Made by a program: the position numbers and the translations under genes. A DNA stretch of 64,000 nucleotides, taken from the human T2T-CHM13v2.0 reference genome, Homo sapiens. A model generated the notes under the pieces. The model was not told the origin of the DNA. It saw nothing but the letters and a program-made list of their open reading frames with translations, and did not search any database. Positions 24,152 through 37,036 of the stretch are shown here, one piece after another (positions within the stretch are counted from its first letter, which is position 1; each line of letters begins with the position of its first letter). The stretch is taken from NCBI RefSeq assembly GCF_009914755.1, contig NC_060938.1. One strand, 5' to 3'.

Positions 24152-25744
24152 ATGAGATAGTGAGTTGGTCTCCAGGAGCCTGAGTGGTCAGGGCAGGACT
24201 CTTTGAGGATGCAATAATTGAGACCTGAGATGAAAGTAGCACTCAGTTACACACACAAAACCTTGGGGAGAGGCCATTCCAATCCAAGGAAGCTACTAGG
24301 ACAAAAAGGACCTAAAGCAAGGAAAGCTTGGCACATTCAAGAAAAGTCCAGGAGGCGATGGTGGCCATGGCTCAGTGAGAGAGGTGGTGAGAGGAAAGAA
24401 ATATCTAGGGCTGGATATGTTGCTTTTCTGAAAAGATCCAGGCTAGGCAATGTCAATTTATCAAGCTTATCTCTGCCTCAGAGTCTTCATTTTCCTTTTA
24501 TCCCATATCTAGGTTGATTTTCTCTTTTTCTTTATCCTCGAAAGTGAGGTGTCCCTCTATCTTTGTAAGCTCACATGTTACTGTGCTCAGTCAGCATCTC
24601 CTTCTCTCCCTTTCAACTTCCGAATTACTCAGTTATTCTCATTCTTTCTTGCAGTATATATCTATATATTTTTTCTTTTAAAAATTGTGGTAAAAAAACA
24701 CATATCCCAAAATCTACTCCCTTAACACAATTTTAAGGGCATGCTACAGTATTTTTGACTATATTCACACGGTTGTACACAGATCTCTAGAACTTTTCTC
24801 TTGCACCTTTGATATTTGCCTATTTGTTTCTTCTTCTCAGAGTTAAAAACAAGTGTTAGTCTATCCTTTCATAAAACCCCTCTCTTGACCTGCACTTTAT
24901 TAAGCTCAGGAAGATAAAAAATGCCTCTTTCCAGGAGACGGTAGGGAAAAAGCCAAAACAAAATGGTTATAAGGTTTGAAAAAGGAAAGATAAGAAAAGC
25001 AGCATTGGATGACCCATAACTTCTAGAAGCCAGGGTGGGTGCAGTGTGCTAAATGTGAGAAGAATGGGGCGTGGTTATGTAGAATTCAATAGGTTTAGAA
25101 CAGCTCATACTGTCATTACCTATTCACTCGAGTTAGAAACCTCAAAGTGAGATGTGATCTTTCTTTCTCATTCCCCTTCTTCCTTTTTGCCCTCATTTAA
25201 TCAAACACAAAATTCCCTTGGCAATGCCCTGTATATTTCTGACTCATCTCTGTCCTCTGCTTCCTGGTCCTTTCACTACTGCCTCTCCCTCTGCCCCCAT
25301 AGTACTTCGCCTATCATGGTGTCATGATGAGTCTTTCCACCTCTGTTCTCTCTGCTTTCTTTCCATGCTGCATTCTGCCCCGTTTTGCTCTTTGTGCCAT
25401 TCTTTGGAAACATCCAGTGCCCAGCAAAGCATGTCTTCTTCAGCCTCCCACTCAAGGCCTTCTGCAGTTTGTCTTCAACTTGGGTGCCACCTCCTCATAG
25501 TTCCTCCCTAAATTTAACCAGAGTAGTCTTTTCCTATTACTCTAAATGTATGTTTTAAGTTCTTTCTTCTATAACTTGTTTATTTGGTTCTTCTAGCCAA
25601 GAATTTCTCCCTTTCTCTTTTCTGTCTGATGCTTACCCTTTCTTCTAGAACCTAGCTCATGGTCACCTGCTTGACTGATCACTGGGTTAACAGTGGTCTT
25701 TTCTCACTTCTGAATTCCAAGCACACTTAATATAATATAGGGTG

Positions 25745-25980
25745 TTTCAGCTCAGATTTAGGAGGTAGACTTCCAGGTTGAAATTTTTGTTTTTCTACTT
25801 ACTACCTATGTGCCTTGGACAAGTTAGTTAGTGTCTCTGAAACTCAGTTTATTTATCTATAAAACTGGTATCTTAATAGCACTTACCTCAGAGATTTCTT
25901 ATGAGGATCAAATGAGATGATGCAATAAAGCCTTTAGCTGAATCTGTTTCGTAGTGAGTACTCAAGAAATACTAGCTATT
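25745..25980 (+). mobile_element. MIR
   Basis: ccttggacaagttagtta..tctctgaaactcagttt..atctataaaa core. Confidence 0.7.
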
Positions 25981-26368
25981 TTGTCATTCAGTTGGTCCTT
26001 ACAATACCCCATAGCCATTTGTTAGCTTTTCTGGCTTGCATACAATCCCTTTGAAAACAGAGTTTTTGTAGTTACAGCAATGCTGTATATAATATCAAAT
26101 TATTAAAGACAGTGGAAAAGAATTTATATCCCCCAAATGAATGTCTTGACTGACTGTAAGAAAGTTGCTGTTTCTCCTTATTACATTTTGACCACAATTG
26201 AAATGTGGTCAAAGGAGACCATCTGCCAAAGGAGAATAATTACTTCTTCACAGACATAGGAAAAAAAACTCACTCATGGATAAATATGTGTGCATATGTG
26301 AAATATGAATGCAGTGATTTCACATTTTTAAAATTCCTGGCAATCAAATGAGATTGTGATAGATTATC

Positions 26369-26665
<297 letters not shown>

Positions 26666-26964
26666 AAATTATCTTTCTTAGAGTAACTTTTCTTCATAGA
26701 TATTAATGTAACAGTTCTTATGGATGATGTTTAAAATGCTTAAGGAAGCAAAACTTAGCTGTAAAATTGGGTATTGCTTGATGATCACCAGTGTCCCATT
26801 GAGGTCTAAAATGCTTATGAAGTTTAAATTGCTTTGCAGTGTGTTATGATCTTTCAATTATCTTTAAATGATTGATTTAATGAGCTTCTATTATTATATT
26901 TTAGGTATGGTGTTTGGAATGCAAAGTGAACTGGACAGTTTCTTTCCTGGAAGATCTTATAGTT

Positions 26965-27446
26965 CAGGGGTTGACAGCATTTTCTATAAAGGGCCAGGTT
27001 AGTGGCTTCTCAAGTGGAGACAAGTTTGACCCCAAGAAATATTTGACAATATCTGGAGACTCTTTTAGTTGTTGAAACTAGGGTGGAGGAGTGGTTGGAG
27101 GGGAGTAAAGGGATATTGAAGGGAAGATGCTGCTGGTGTGGGCAGAGGCCAAGATTGTTGGTGCACTGTAGGCCTACAATGCACAGGACAGCCCTTCGGT
27201 GACAAGGAATTATCCAGTCCTGGGTCTCAACAGTGCCGAAGCTGAGACTCTCTGGACCAGACAGTAAGTAGTTTTGGTTTAATGAGCCATATGGTCTCTA
27301 TCACGACTATCAAACTGTCATTGAGCATGCGAGCAGTCATAGATACTGTATAAACAAATAAGTGTGTCTGTGTTCTAGTAAAACTTTATTTAGAAGAGCA
27401 GGAAGTGAATTGAATTGGCCCCAGAGGGTTAGTTTGCTGACTCTTG
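26965..27446 (+). mobile_element. MER58A (hAT MITE), interrupted by MER20
   Basis: caggggttgacagc...taaagggccag, resuming at gaccagacagtaa...gccatatggtctct...taaaactttattta...agtttgctgactcttg. Confidence 0.8.
27000..27254 (+). mobile_element. MER20 (hAT MITE), nested in MER58A
   Basis: agtggcttctcaa...tttgacaatatctggagac...cctacaatgcacaggacagccc...gctgagactctctg. Degenerate 8-bp TSD ggccaggt / gaccagac. Confidence 0.82.
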
Positions 27447-27498
27447 CTATAGTTAAATGGCAGGCAAAACTTGATAATTATAATGCAACATATTAAAC

Positions 27499-27518
27499 TC
27501 TATCTATCTATCTATCTA

Positions 27519-27558
<40 letters not shown>

Positions 27559-27600
27559 CCTACCTACCTAGATCTATCTGTCTACCTAGATAGATAGATC
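27499..27600. repeat. Compound tetranucleotide STR (TCTA)n(TCTG)n(TCTA)n(CCTA)n...(TAGA)n
   Basis: Read directly from the sequence. Confidence 0.93.
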
Positions 27601-27882
27601 AGTCAAAGTTTTCACAGGTTTACAATGAAGCCCCAGATAAGAGCACTTAGCCTGATCTGAGATATTAGAGATGGTCTCCTGAAAGAGAAAGAACATGAAC
27701 AAAAGTTAAAAAAAAATTTTAAGAGTGAGGAGTTAGACAAAAACAGTAATTCCATAGAGAGAGAATAGCGTCAGTAAAGTCACAAAAATGCAAAATAGCA
27801 TGATAAGCATAGAGAACTAATAATAAGCTAAAGGAAGTAGAAGTGGCGGTAATGGTAGTAGTAGTAGTAGTAGTAATAGTAT

Positions 27883-29145
27883 TGTTCCCGGAAAGGGATC
27901 CTGATCCAGACCCCAATAGAGAGTTCTTGGACCAAGAAAAAATTCAGGGTGAGTCCATAAAGTGAAAGCAAATTTTTAAGAGAGTAAAGGAATGGGAATA
28001 AAAGAATGGCTACTCCGTAGGCAGAGCAGCCCTGACGGCTGCTGGTTGGCTATTTTATGGTTGTTTCTTGATGATATGCTAAACAAGAGGTATATATTTA
28101 TTAAATACCTGCTAAAGACCAGGCTCTGTGCTACCGTGCTACACAGGTAGTTTGATTATTACAGGTCTGAGGCCTGTTTGTCCGGATGATTTTAGTTCAC
28201 ACCCATAGTGACACACGGGTCTCTTCTTGCTTCATTGCTTTTTCCCTTTTTCTGGGAAAGGGAAGAAAGGGAGGGCGATTCCTGGAACTGAGGATTCCTC
28301 TCCTTTTTAGACCATATAGGGTGTCTTTTAACATGCTAATAACTATAATTAGTGTATAATGAGCAGTGAGGATGACCAGAGGTCACTTTTGTCACCATCT
28401 TGGTTTTGGTGGGTTTTGGCTGGCGGGATTTTTTTAAATTTTATGTATTTATTTATTTTTTATTATACTGTAAGTTCTGGGTTACATGTGCAGAACGTAC
28501 AGTTTTGTTACTTGGGTATACGCATATCCTGGTGGTTTGCTGCACCCATCAACCCGTCACCTACATTAGGTATTTCTCCTAATGTTATCCCTCCCCTAGC
28601 CCCCCACCCCCTGACAGGCCCCAGTGTGTGATGTTCCTCTCCCTGTGTCCATGTGTTCTCATTGTTCAACTCCCTCTTATGAGTGAGAACATGCGGTGTC
28701 TGGTTTTCTGATTTTGTGATAGTTTGGTGAGAATGATGGTTTCCAGCTTCAGCCATGTCCCTGCAAAGGACATGAACTCATCCTTTTTTATGGCCGCATA
28801 GTATTCCATGGTGTATATGTGCCATAATTTCTTAATCCAGTCTATCACTGATGGACATCTGCATTGGTTCCAAGTCCTTGCTATTGTGAATAGTGCCGCA
28901 ATAAACATACGTGTGCATGTGTCTTTATCGTAGAATGATTTATAGTCCTTTGGGTATATTGGCCGGCTTCTTTACCACATTCTGTTTTATCAGCAAGGTC
29001 TTTGTGACCTGTATCTTGTGCCAACCTCCTTTCTCATCCTGTGACTTAGAATGCCTAACCTGGGAATGCAGCCCAGTAGGTCTCAGCCTTGTTTTACCCA
29101 GCCCCTATTCAATATGGAGTTTCTGTAGTTCAAATGCCTCTGACA
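27883..29145 (-). mobile_element. MER41B-like ERV1 solo LTR, interrupted by an L1 3' end and a foreign insert of about 150 nt
   Basis: Reverse complement starts tgtcagaggcatttgaac...ctccatattgaataggggctgggtaaaa and ends ...ggggtctggatcaggatccctttccgggaaca. It contains the MER41B segment cctcactgctcattatacactaattata and tandem GAS motifs. Confidence 0.88.
28428..28958 (-). mobile_element. 5'-truncated L1PA 3' end inserted in MER41B
   Basis: T-rich tail, then ttattatactgtaagttctggg..acatgtgcagaacg L1PA 3'UTR and the ORF2 C-terminal remnant (MFIAALFTIARTWNQ...). Flanking duplication TTGGC(T/C)GGC at 28416 and 28959. Confidence 0.93.
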
Positions 29146-30034
29146 GCAATAGCAGTTAACTTTTATTGAGTGTTTACCATGTGTCAGGAACTCTAAGTAT
29201 TTTACGTGTGCTAACACATTTCATAAACATAGAGCTCAGTGTTGCTGGAGTAATGTAAAATAAGGTTTAAGATGTGTGCATGCACCAGGGCTAGGGCCTT
29301 ATTTTTAGGTGGATATAACTGGGTATGAGAAGACCAACAAGGAGGTAATGAGTAAGATTTATTAACTGATTGGATGTTCCAGGTAAGGGCAGGAAGAAGC
29401 CAGAAGTTTCTGGTTTGGCAACATTAATTGAATGTAGGTATGCTGGAGGAGAGGCAGGCCTAATGGGGAAAGTGCTGTTTTTGATGGGTTGAGTGGGAAG
29501 TACCTGTGTTAACTGCAGAACAAGGTCAAGTCAAATAGCTGGAGCTGTAACTGTAATTAGAATATAAGCAATAGAGTTAAATTAATTGAAATTGATGAGA
29601 TCAGTTAAGAAACCACATCAAAAGGAAGAACAATGTATTTTAAAGAAGACTTCTAAGAGTAACTAATATTTAAAAGAAGGCTTAAAAGGGAAAATTAGTG
29701 AGGTAGGAGAAGAACTAGAGAAAACGTTGTCATCGAAGCTAAGAAAGTAGGAAGTTTCCAGGTATATGGCATAGTCAGCAGAGGTCAGTGCCAAAGAGAG
29801 GACCAATACGTTGAGAACTGAAAGTGCCCTCATAGCTGAGAATTTAGACATTGTAGGTAATCATTTTGTTTTGCTTTTGAATGACAGTGATAATCATTTT
29901 CAAATTCAGAGAGAAAAAAAGGCAGTGGAAGTGGAAAAGCTAAAGATATAAGAAAACTAAATGTTGAAACAATATCCCAGTGAATAATTTCAAACTTTTA
30001 AAAATGTATTTATTAAATAAAGTACATATAAGAA

Positions 30035-30190
30035 ATGTTGCTATTGGGTACTATGCTCAGTATCTGGGTGATGGGATCAATTGTACCCCAAACATCAGCA
30101 TCACACAATATATCAACCTGCACATGGACCCTCTGAAACTAAAAGTTAAAAGTATAAAAATAAGTAAATAAAGTCAAACATGTGAAAAAA
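30035..30190 (+). mobile_element. L1PB-like 3' end fragment
   Basis: ctattgggtactatgctcag..ctgggtgatgggatcaattgtaccccaaac.tcagcatcacacaata followed by an A-rich tail. Confidence 0.75.
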
Positions 30191-32119
30191 AGAAATATTT
30201 CATAGGCTTTTTTTCAGTTGCTCTAAATTTTTAAAAATACGTTTATGCATTTTCCTATAATTTGTGTTTTGCATTTATATTCTCCTTTTCTCTAATTGAT
30301 TAGCTCTATCATTAGATTTAACTGATACTTAGAGTTTGATTGGCTCACCATCTATTTATCATAATACATTGAAAAGTCACAGTTGAAAACTATAAAACCT
30401 CAAGGATGTATTTATGTGTTTAGCAAATGGAACACAAACCTCATAGATTTGTAACTTTGAGACACCAAAGAATATTGGGAGACACTTATCAATTCAGTTG
30501 AGTTCAATTCAGTTTAAGGCATTTGTTGAATGCTATGCATTTTTAACAGTGATATGACAGGATTTTTCTTTCCTTTCAAAGCAGCTTGCCATCTTATCTG
30601 TCTGTATGTTTATTGCATAAAGAATTTACAGCAGATAAAGATGTAGTTGGTGCAAAAAATATACAGAACTTGAAAGATCTAATCATAAAGAAATATAACA
30701 AAATGCTATATCATATAGCAGAGTCAGTGATACAAAGCAATTTGTACTAAAGACTTTGGGAGGGAGAGACCAACATGAACTAGAATATTGTGAGCATCTC
30801 CATCTAATGTTTCTGCCTAAATGCTGTTCTTCTCTAGACAGAACTCAACCAAATTACTCTTAACAGAAGAACAAATGCAAGTGATGAAGAACCAAGGGAC
30901 AAGCAAAGGCATCAATATATTGTTTGCTATTTGAGGACCAACTGTATTTATTTATCTTTGTATCTCCAGGGCCAGGCACTATGGCTACCATGTATTAAGT
31001 ACATGCAGTCAGTGCTGAATTGATTACTTCTGGTCATTAGATTAGCACAGCTGAGCTGAGGTAGCTTGGACCATGTGCTATGTGGATGCTTCCCTATTAA
31101 TGATGCTAATGACAAAGAGAATCAGGTCCAAGAGACAGTGAGTTGGGAGTACGCCACCTATAGAGGACTAGGAGAGAAAATATTTTTGAAAGAGAAGACT
31201 AAATGCTAGATGCACTATTAATGGGAATTGGTCACGCCCACAGGACTCTTCCCTCTAGCATAACATACCGATATATAAAAACATGCTTGCTGTGTGACCG
31301 AATGAGCCAATCCTGGCTTAACATAGACAAACAAAAAAGAAGTTGCCAATGCCTTCTTCAGTTCAGTATCTCATGAAAGAAATGCAAGGTGAAGAGAAAG
31401 CTTAAATGAAAAAAATAAAGTGAAATCTGTAAGCCTGGTTCTCATTTCTAAGGGTTTATTATACTGGAGATTTCATGAAAATAGTATTGAGAATGACTAC
31501 TCTGTGATTTTTGCTAGCTTTTAGTCCCTATAGGCAGAAAAGCATTTCTAAAAGAGATTTGAAAATTGTGGACTCTGATAACACTGCTAGTTGTCATGTT
31601 TTTCTCTAATGAACAGCTTATCAGTAAATGTGCTCAGTGGTTAATTACCACATTAGAGTTTATTGGCATCAAATGTAGTAGAATGCCGATTATCCTTATG
31701 CAAATTTGGATTTACTGCAGGTTAAATCCTGTGACCTGAAATCTAAGTCACCTGTCATAAATTAATAGGTCCAGGTACTAGGCCTGCTGGGATTGGCAGT
31801 GACAAAAGACCCCATGAGTTGGGGGAATGAATCAAACCTGCATGGGCAAGATTCATTCTTTGGAATGTCTCACAAAGCCTGGTGCAGCCAATTGTGCTGC
31901 AGAGGCTGTGTGGTGTTTTTGTGTTGTTTTGATTTTGTTTCATTTTACAGGGCAGCCAGGCAGTCCAAGCAATGGTTCAAGCCACTATTGATGCCAGCGG
32001 TGTCATCCATGAGGTGGCACTGGCACTTGGAGGTTATAGGAGTCAGGTGGAGCTATATATGGTTCCAAAACACATGTCAAGTTTGGGGTGTGGGTACGAA
32101 AATAAAGACAGATTCCCAG

Positions 32120-32455
32120 ATGTCTCCGTCAGTTCAGGCTGCCCTAACAGAATACCATAGACTGGGTGGCTTAAACAACAAACATTTATTTCTCATGGTT
32201 CTGGAGGCTGGAAAGCCGAAGATCAAGGCCTGCTTCTTGGTCTGCAGATGGCCTTCTTTTTGTATCCTCACATGGTGGAAAGCAGAGATCATCTCTCTTG
32301 TTTCTCTTCTCCTAAGGGCGCTAATCCCACTCATGAGGGCTCCTACTCATGATCTAATTAGAACCAAAGGTCCCACCTCCAAATACCATCATGTTGGAGA
32401 TCAGGGCTTCCGTATATGAATTTGGGGAAAATGTGAACATTCAGTCCATGGCACC
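32120..32455 (-). mobile_element. MLT1A-like MaLR LTR
   Basis: aataccatagactgggtggcttaaacaacaaacatttatttctca..ttctggaggctgg. Confidence 0.82.
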
Positions 32456-34333
32456 TTCCGTAGGAAGTCTTGTCATGGCCCAATCTAAGCAAACTAAAGT
32501 TCACAGTTATCTCAGGTTTTTTGAGGGGAGTGGAACGTAAGACAGCATATCCAAGACCATCATCCAAAAACCTATGCCTATAGTGGGCCCATGTGACAGA
32601 GCAGATATGGCTGCCACCCAGTGGCCACATGGCAGCCCATAGCTCATGAGTGCTCTCTGGGTTTGCAGACCGAACTGCCTATCAGAAACTGGGACAGAAG
32701 CAGCTATTATGCCTCCTGTCCCTGTCAGGACTGGGTCAGGAATGAGGGCATTAGGGCTTTTGTGTGTCTCTCAGATTAAACTCTGCTCACTTGAGGTTAA
32801 AACAAGGCAGAAGCTGGCCTGAGATAATCAAAGCCTCTTTCAAATCTATTTGCTTATAAAGGCAAGGTGTTTTTGGTGTCTACAAACTTCTAACACATTT
32901 GTAGGCACTGATTATTCTGCAAATAATGGGGGACCTTTCTGAAGCCCTGGATCCCTGGCCAATGCACCCCACTCCAAGCACATTGAAATTTTTAACAAAA
33001 TTTTTAATAAAATTGAGAGATCCTTGGCATCTCAAGAACAGGAAAATCATTACTTCTTCAAATGAATCATTGGTGCTCATAAGGGAAAAGTCTTTCATGC
33101 CTAGGGCATGTATCCAGATAATTTTGGTGGGGAATAACATTTCTTACCACATTGTGAGTGTTTATGTGGCTGGGGCAAAAGAAGTTGTGGTTTCGGTGCT
33201 GATCCATTAGCAGTGAGTGTGGTAGGTGAAAGTTCCTTAATTGTTCCCCAGAGTAAAAACATCCCAGTATTTATAGACTATTAGGGGAGAGGGGGTTGGA
33301 GAGGCAGGTGACTTTTCAGCCCTACACTGATGACTTTTATGTCTTCCAGGTCACATTAAAATGTTTTGCTTGAATTAGAATAAAAGTAGTCCTTTTTGTC
33401 CACTCTAAATTCAGTGTCTTGGTTGAAAGTATCCACAGAAAACATTCCTCAGTCTTCATAATTTCCCATTTACAATAGAGAAGCAAGGCTCTCTGTACTT
33501 AAGAATAGTACAAGCTATTTTAGATGTCAGATGTAGTCTAAGAATGATTGAGTCAACAAAGGAGCATGAAGACAGTGATGAGTTCTCCACACAGCAGGTG
33601 CTCAGTGTAGGGTGATAAAGAACTAGAATGGCAGCTAAGTAGGTGGCACCAGACTCTGAAGAAGCACTTAGTCATTGTCTAGAATGTGCCAGACCAAGTG
33701 CAGTTTTAAAGCTCTCTCTGGTCTCCTTGTCCTGTGAACAGACATAAGGCCTAAATAAGAGGCAGAATTGGGAGGCTTTTTCTTTGCACCTCACCTTCCT
33801 TACCACCTGGCCTTCTAGGCATTGGAGACAGAAGAGAATCTCCCACATGCAAATCAGCCCCCAGGTCATCTTATAGCAACAAAAGCCTGGGCAAGAATTA
33901 ATAAAGAAATGAGTGGAATCTAAAAGTCTCTAAACATAAAGAAATACCTGTAAGATGTCTCTTCTGAGAGCCCATTATATAGAAAGGAGTCAAAGGAAGA
34001 AGAGAAGCCAAGTGCATGGATCCAGGAGAGTAACTGGTCCAGTGCATTTCTGTTTACCATACCTTTATTCCTCTAAATTTTTTCAGCAGTTCTGGAGTAG
34101 CTCCATTAGATCCTTGATGAGTTAATTTTGCCCTAGATCAATTTCAAAGCTTAAGGATACAGTGAGAAGAGAAGGTTTGAAATACCTTAGGGAAATTACA
34201 GGATCAAATAAATTTTATTATTATGCCAGCTCAGACAGATTGGTAGTGTTGGGAAAGATTCTAGTGTCACAGGAAACAACTATCCTGAAGTTTCTATGGC
34301 GTCTTCTGGGCCATATTTTAAAATTTGACTATT

Positions 34334-36726
34334 CAGGCATACCTCATTTTATTGCTCTTTACCTTCTTGCACTTTTGAGTTATTGAATTTTCTTTTTTCA
34401 AATGGAAGTTTTGCCGCCACCTTGCATCAAGCATTTTCCAACAGCGTGTGCTGACTTCATGTCTCTGTGTTGCATTTTGGTAATTCTTGAAACTTATTAT
34501 TATATTTGTCAATGGTAATCTATGATTAGTTATCTTCGATGTTACTATTGTAATTGTTTTGGGGTGCCATCACCCATGCCCATGTAGAATGTTCATAGAT
34601 AAATGTTGCATGGGTTCTGACTGTTCCACCAACCAGCTGTTCCTCCAGCCTTCTCCCTCTCTTCAGGTTTCCCTATTCTCTTTGATACAATAATATTGAC
34701 ATTAGGCCAATTAATAGCCCTACTGTGGCCTCCAAGTGCTCAAGTAGAAAGAAAGAGTTGCACATTTCTCGCTTTAAATCAAAAGCTAAAAATTAATAAG
34801 TTTAGTGAGAAAGGCATATCTAAAGTTAAGATAGGCTGAAAGCTAGGCCTTTTAGGCCTAGCTGTAAAGGCCTAAAAGTTAGCCAAGCTGTAAAGGCAAA
34901 AGAAAAGTTCTTGAAGGAAATTAAAAGTGGGCACATGAATGATAAGAAAGTAAAACAGATATTGCTGATATGCAGAAAGTTTTACTGCTCTAGGTGGAAG
35001 ATCAAACCAGCCACACATTTCCTTAATCCAGAGCCTAATCCAGAGCAATGCCCTAATGCTTGAGTTTTATGAAGGCTGAGAGAGGTGAGGAAGCTGCAGA
35101 AGAAAGGTTTGAAATTAGTAAAGGTTAGTTCAAAAAAGCCATCTCCATAACATAATAGTGCAAATTGAAGCAGCAAGTGCTGATATAGAACCTGCAGCAA
35201 GTTATCCAGAAGATCTAGGTAAGATCATTGATGAAGATGGCTACACTAACCAACATATTTTCAATGTAGATAAAAAGCCTTCTATTGGATAAGAAACCAT
35301 CTAGGACTTTCATAGCTGGAGAGGGAAAGTCAGTGCCTGGCTTTAGAGGACAGGCTAAACTCTCTTTTTTGAATCTAATATAGCTGGTGACTTTAAGTTG
35401 AAACCAATGCTCATTTGCCATTCTGAAAATCCTAGGGCCCTAAGAATTATGCTGAATCTACTCTGCCTGTACTCTGTAAGTTGAACAACAAAGTCTGGAT
35501 GAGAGCCCATCTGTTTACAGCATGGTTTACTGAATATTTCAAGCCAAATTTTGAGACCTACTACTCAGAAAACAAAGTATTTTATGTAAAAATATTACTG
35601 TTCATCGACAATGCACTTAGTTACCAAAGAGCTTTGATAAAAATGTTCACTAAGATTAATATTTTTATGCCTGCTAACACAACATCATTCTGCAGCTCAA
35701 GGAGTAATTTAGACTTTTAAGCCTTATTATTTAAGAAATACAGTTTGTAAGGCTATAGCTTCCATAGATAGTGATTTCTCTGATGGATCACAAAGCCTTT
35801 TAGAAAGGATTCACCATTCTAGATGCCATTATGAACATTTGTGATTAATGAGGAAAGGTCAAAATATCAACATTAACAGGAATTTGGAAGAAGTTGATTC
35901 CAGCTCTCATGGATGACTTTGAGGTTTGGAAGAAGTTGATCACAACCCTCATGGATGACTTTGAGGAGTTCAAGACTTCAGTGGAGGAAGTAACTGCAGA
36001 TGTGGTGAAAATAGGAAAAAAAAAAACCCTGGAAGGAGAGCTTAGGATATGACTAAATTGATGCAATCTCATGATAAAACTTGTATGGATGAGGAGTTGC
36101 TTCTTATGGATTCGCAATAAAAGAGCAGTTTCTTGAGATGGAATCCACTCTTGGTAAAGATGCTGTGGACAATGTTGAAACGACAACAAAGGACTTAGAA
36201 TATTACATAACTTAATTGGTAAAGGAATGATAAGGTTTGAGAAGATTGACTCCAATTTTGTAAGAAGTTCAGCTGAAGGTAAAATGCTGTCAAACAGCAT
36301 CACATGCTACAAAGAAATCTTTTGTGAAAGGAAGAGTCAATCAATGTGGCAAACTTCGTTGTTGTTTTATTTTAGGAAATTGCACAGCCACCCCAACATT
36401 CAGTAACCACTAGCCTGATCAGTGGTTATCAAAACTGAGGCAGACCCTACACCAGCAAAAAGATTACATCTCACTGAAGGCTGTCAACTTAGATGACTGT
36501 TAGCATTTTTTTTTAACAATAAAGTGATTTTAATTAAGGTTTGTACATTGTGTTTTTAGACATAATGCTATTACACACTTAATAGGCTACAGTATAGTGT
36601 AAACATAATTTTTGTATGCACCAGGAAATGAAAAAACATTTATGTAACTCACTTTATTGTGATAGTCTCTTTATTGCAGTGGTCTGTCACTGAACCCACA
36701 ATATTAATATTTTTGAGATATATCTG
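34334..36726 (+). mobile_element. Near full-length Tigger1 DNA transposon with decayed transposase
   Basis: 5' TIR caggcatacctcattttattgc, 3' end ...gagatatatctg-TA, about 2.39 kb. Transposase remnant NNKVWMRAHLFTAWFTEYFKP...KILLFIDNA at 35481-35720, broken by stops and frameshifts. Confidence 0.93.
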
Positions 36727-36907
36727 TATGTGTTTATGTCCTTAAGCAATATATATTACACTTTGAGTGTTCAAAATTTATATAAATGGTATCATACTGT
36801 GCATATCTGTACAGCTTACTTTTTAAACATAATGTTTTGTCTATGTTGATAAGATTTATCTATGTTGATTTCATTCATTCATATTAACTGTTACTTCATG
36901 CTCCATA

Positions 36908-37036
36908 CTTTTTTTTTTTTTTGTAGAGACAGGGTTTCACTGTGTTGCCCAGGCTAGTCTTGAACTCCTGGGCTCAAGCAATTGACTCAGCTTCCCTAAG
37001 TGATTGGAGCTAAAATTATCTCCCACCACACCCAGC
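36908..37036 (-). mobile_element. FLAM / Alu left monomer
   Basis: T tail, then gtagagacagggtttcactgtgttgcccaggctagtcttgaactcctgggctcaagc. Confidence 0.85.

Noticed and set aside
28666-28908. L1 ORF2 C-terminal peptide
   Set aside because: A 5'-truncated L1 of about 530 bp, not functional.
31793-32419. 208-aa ORF
   Set aside because: Non-ATG start, the second half is MLT1 LTR sequence, and there is no recognisable domain.
32604-32641. Short imperfect hairpin (tatggctgcca / tggcagcccata)
   Set aside because: About 11 bp with a bulge, expected by chance.
35481-35720. TIGD/CENP-B-like protein fragment as a possible domesticated gene
   Set aside because: Part of a decayed Tigger1 with many stops and frameshifts.
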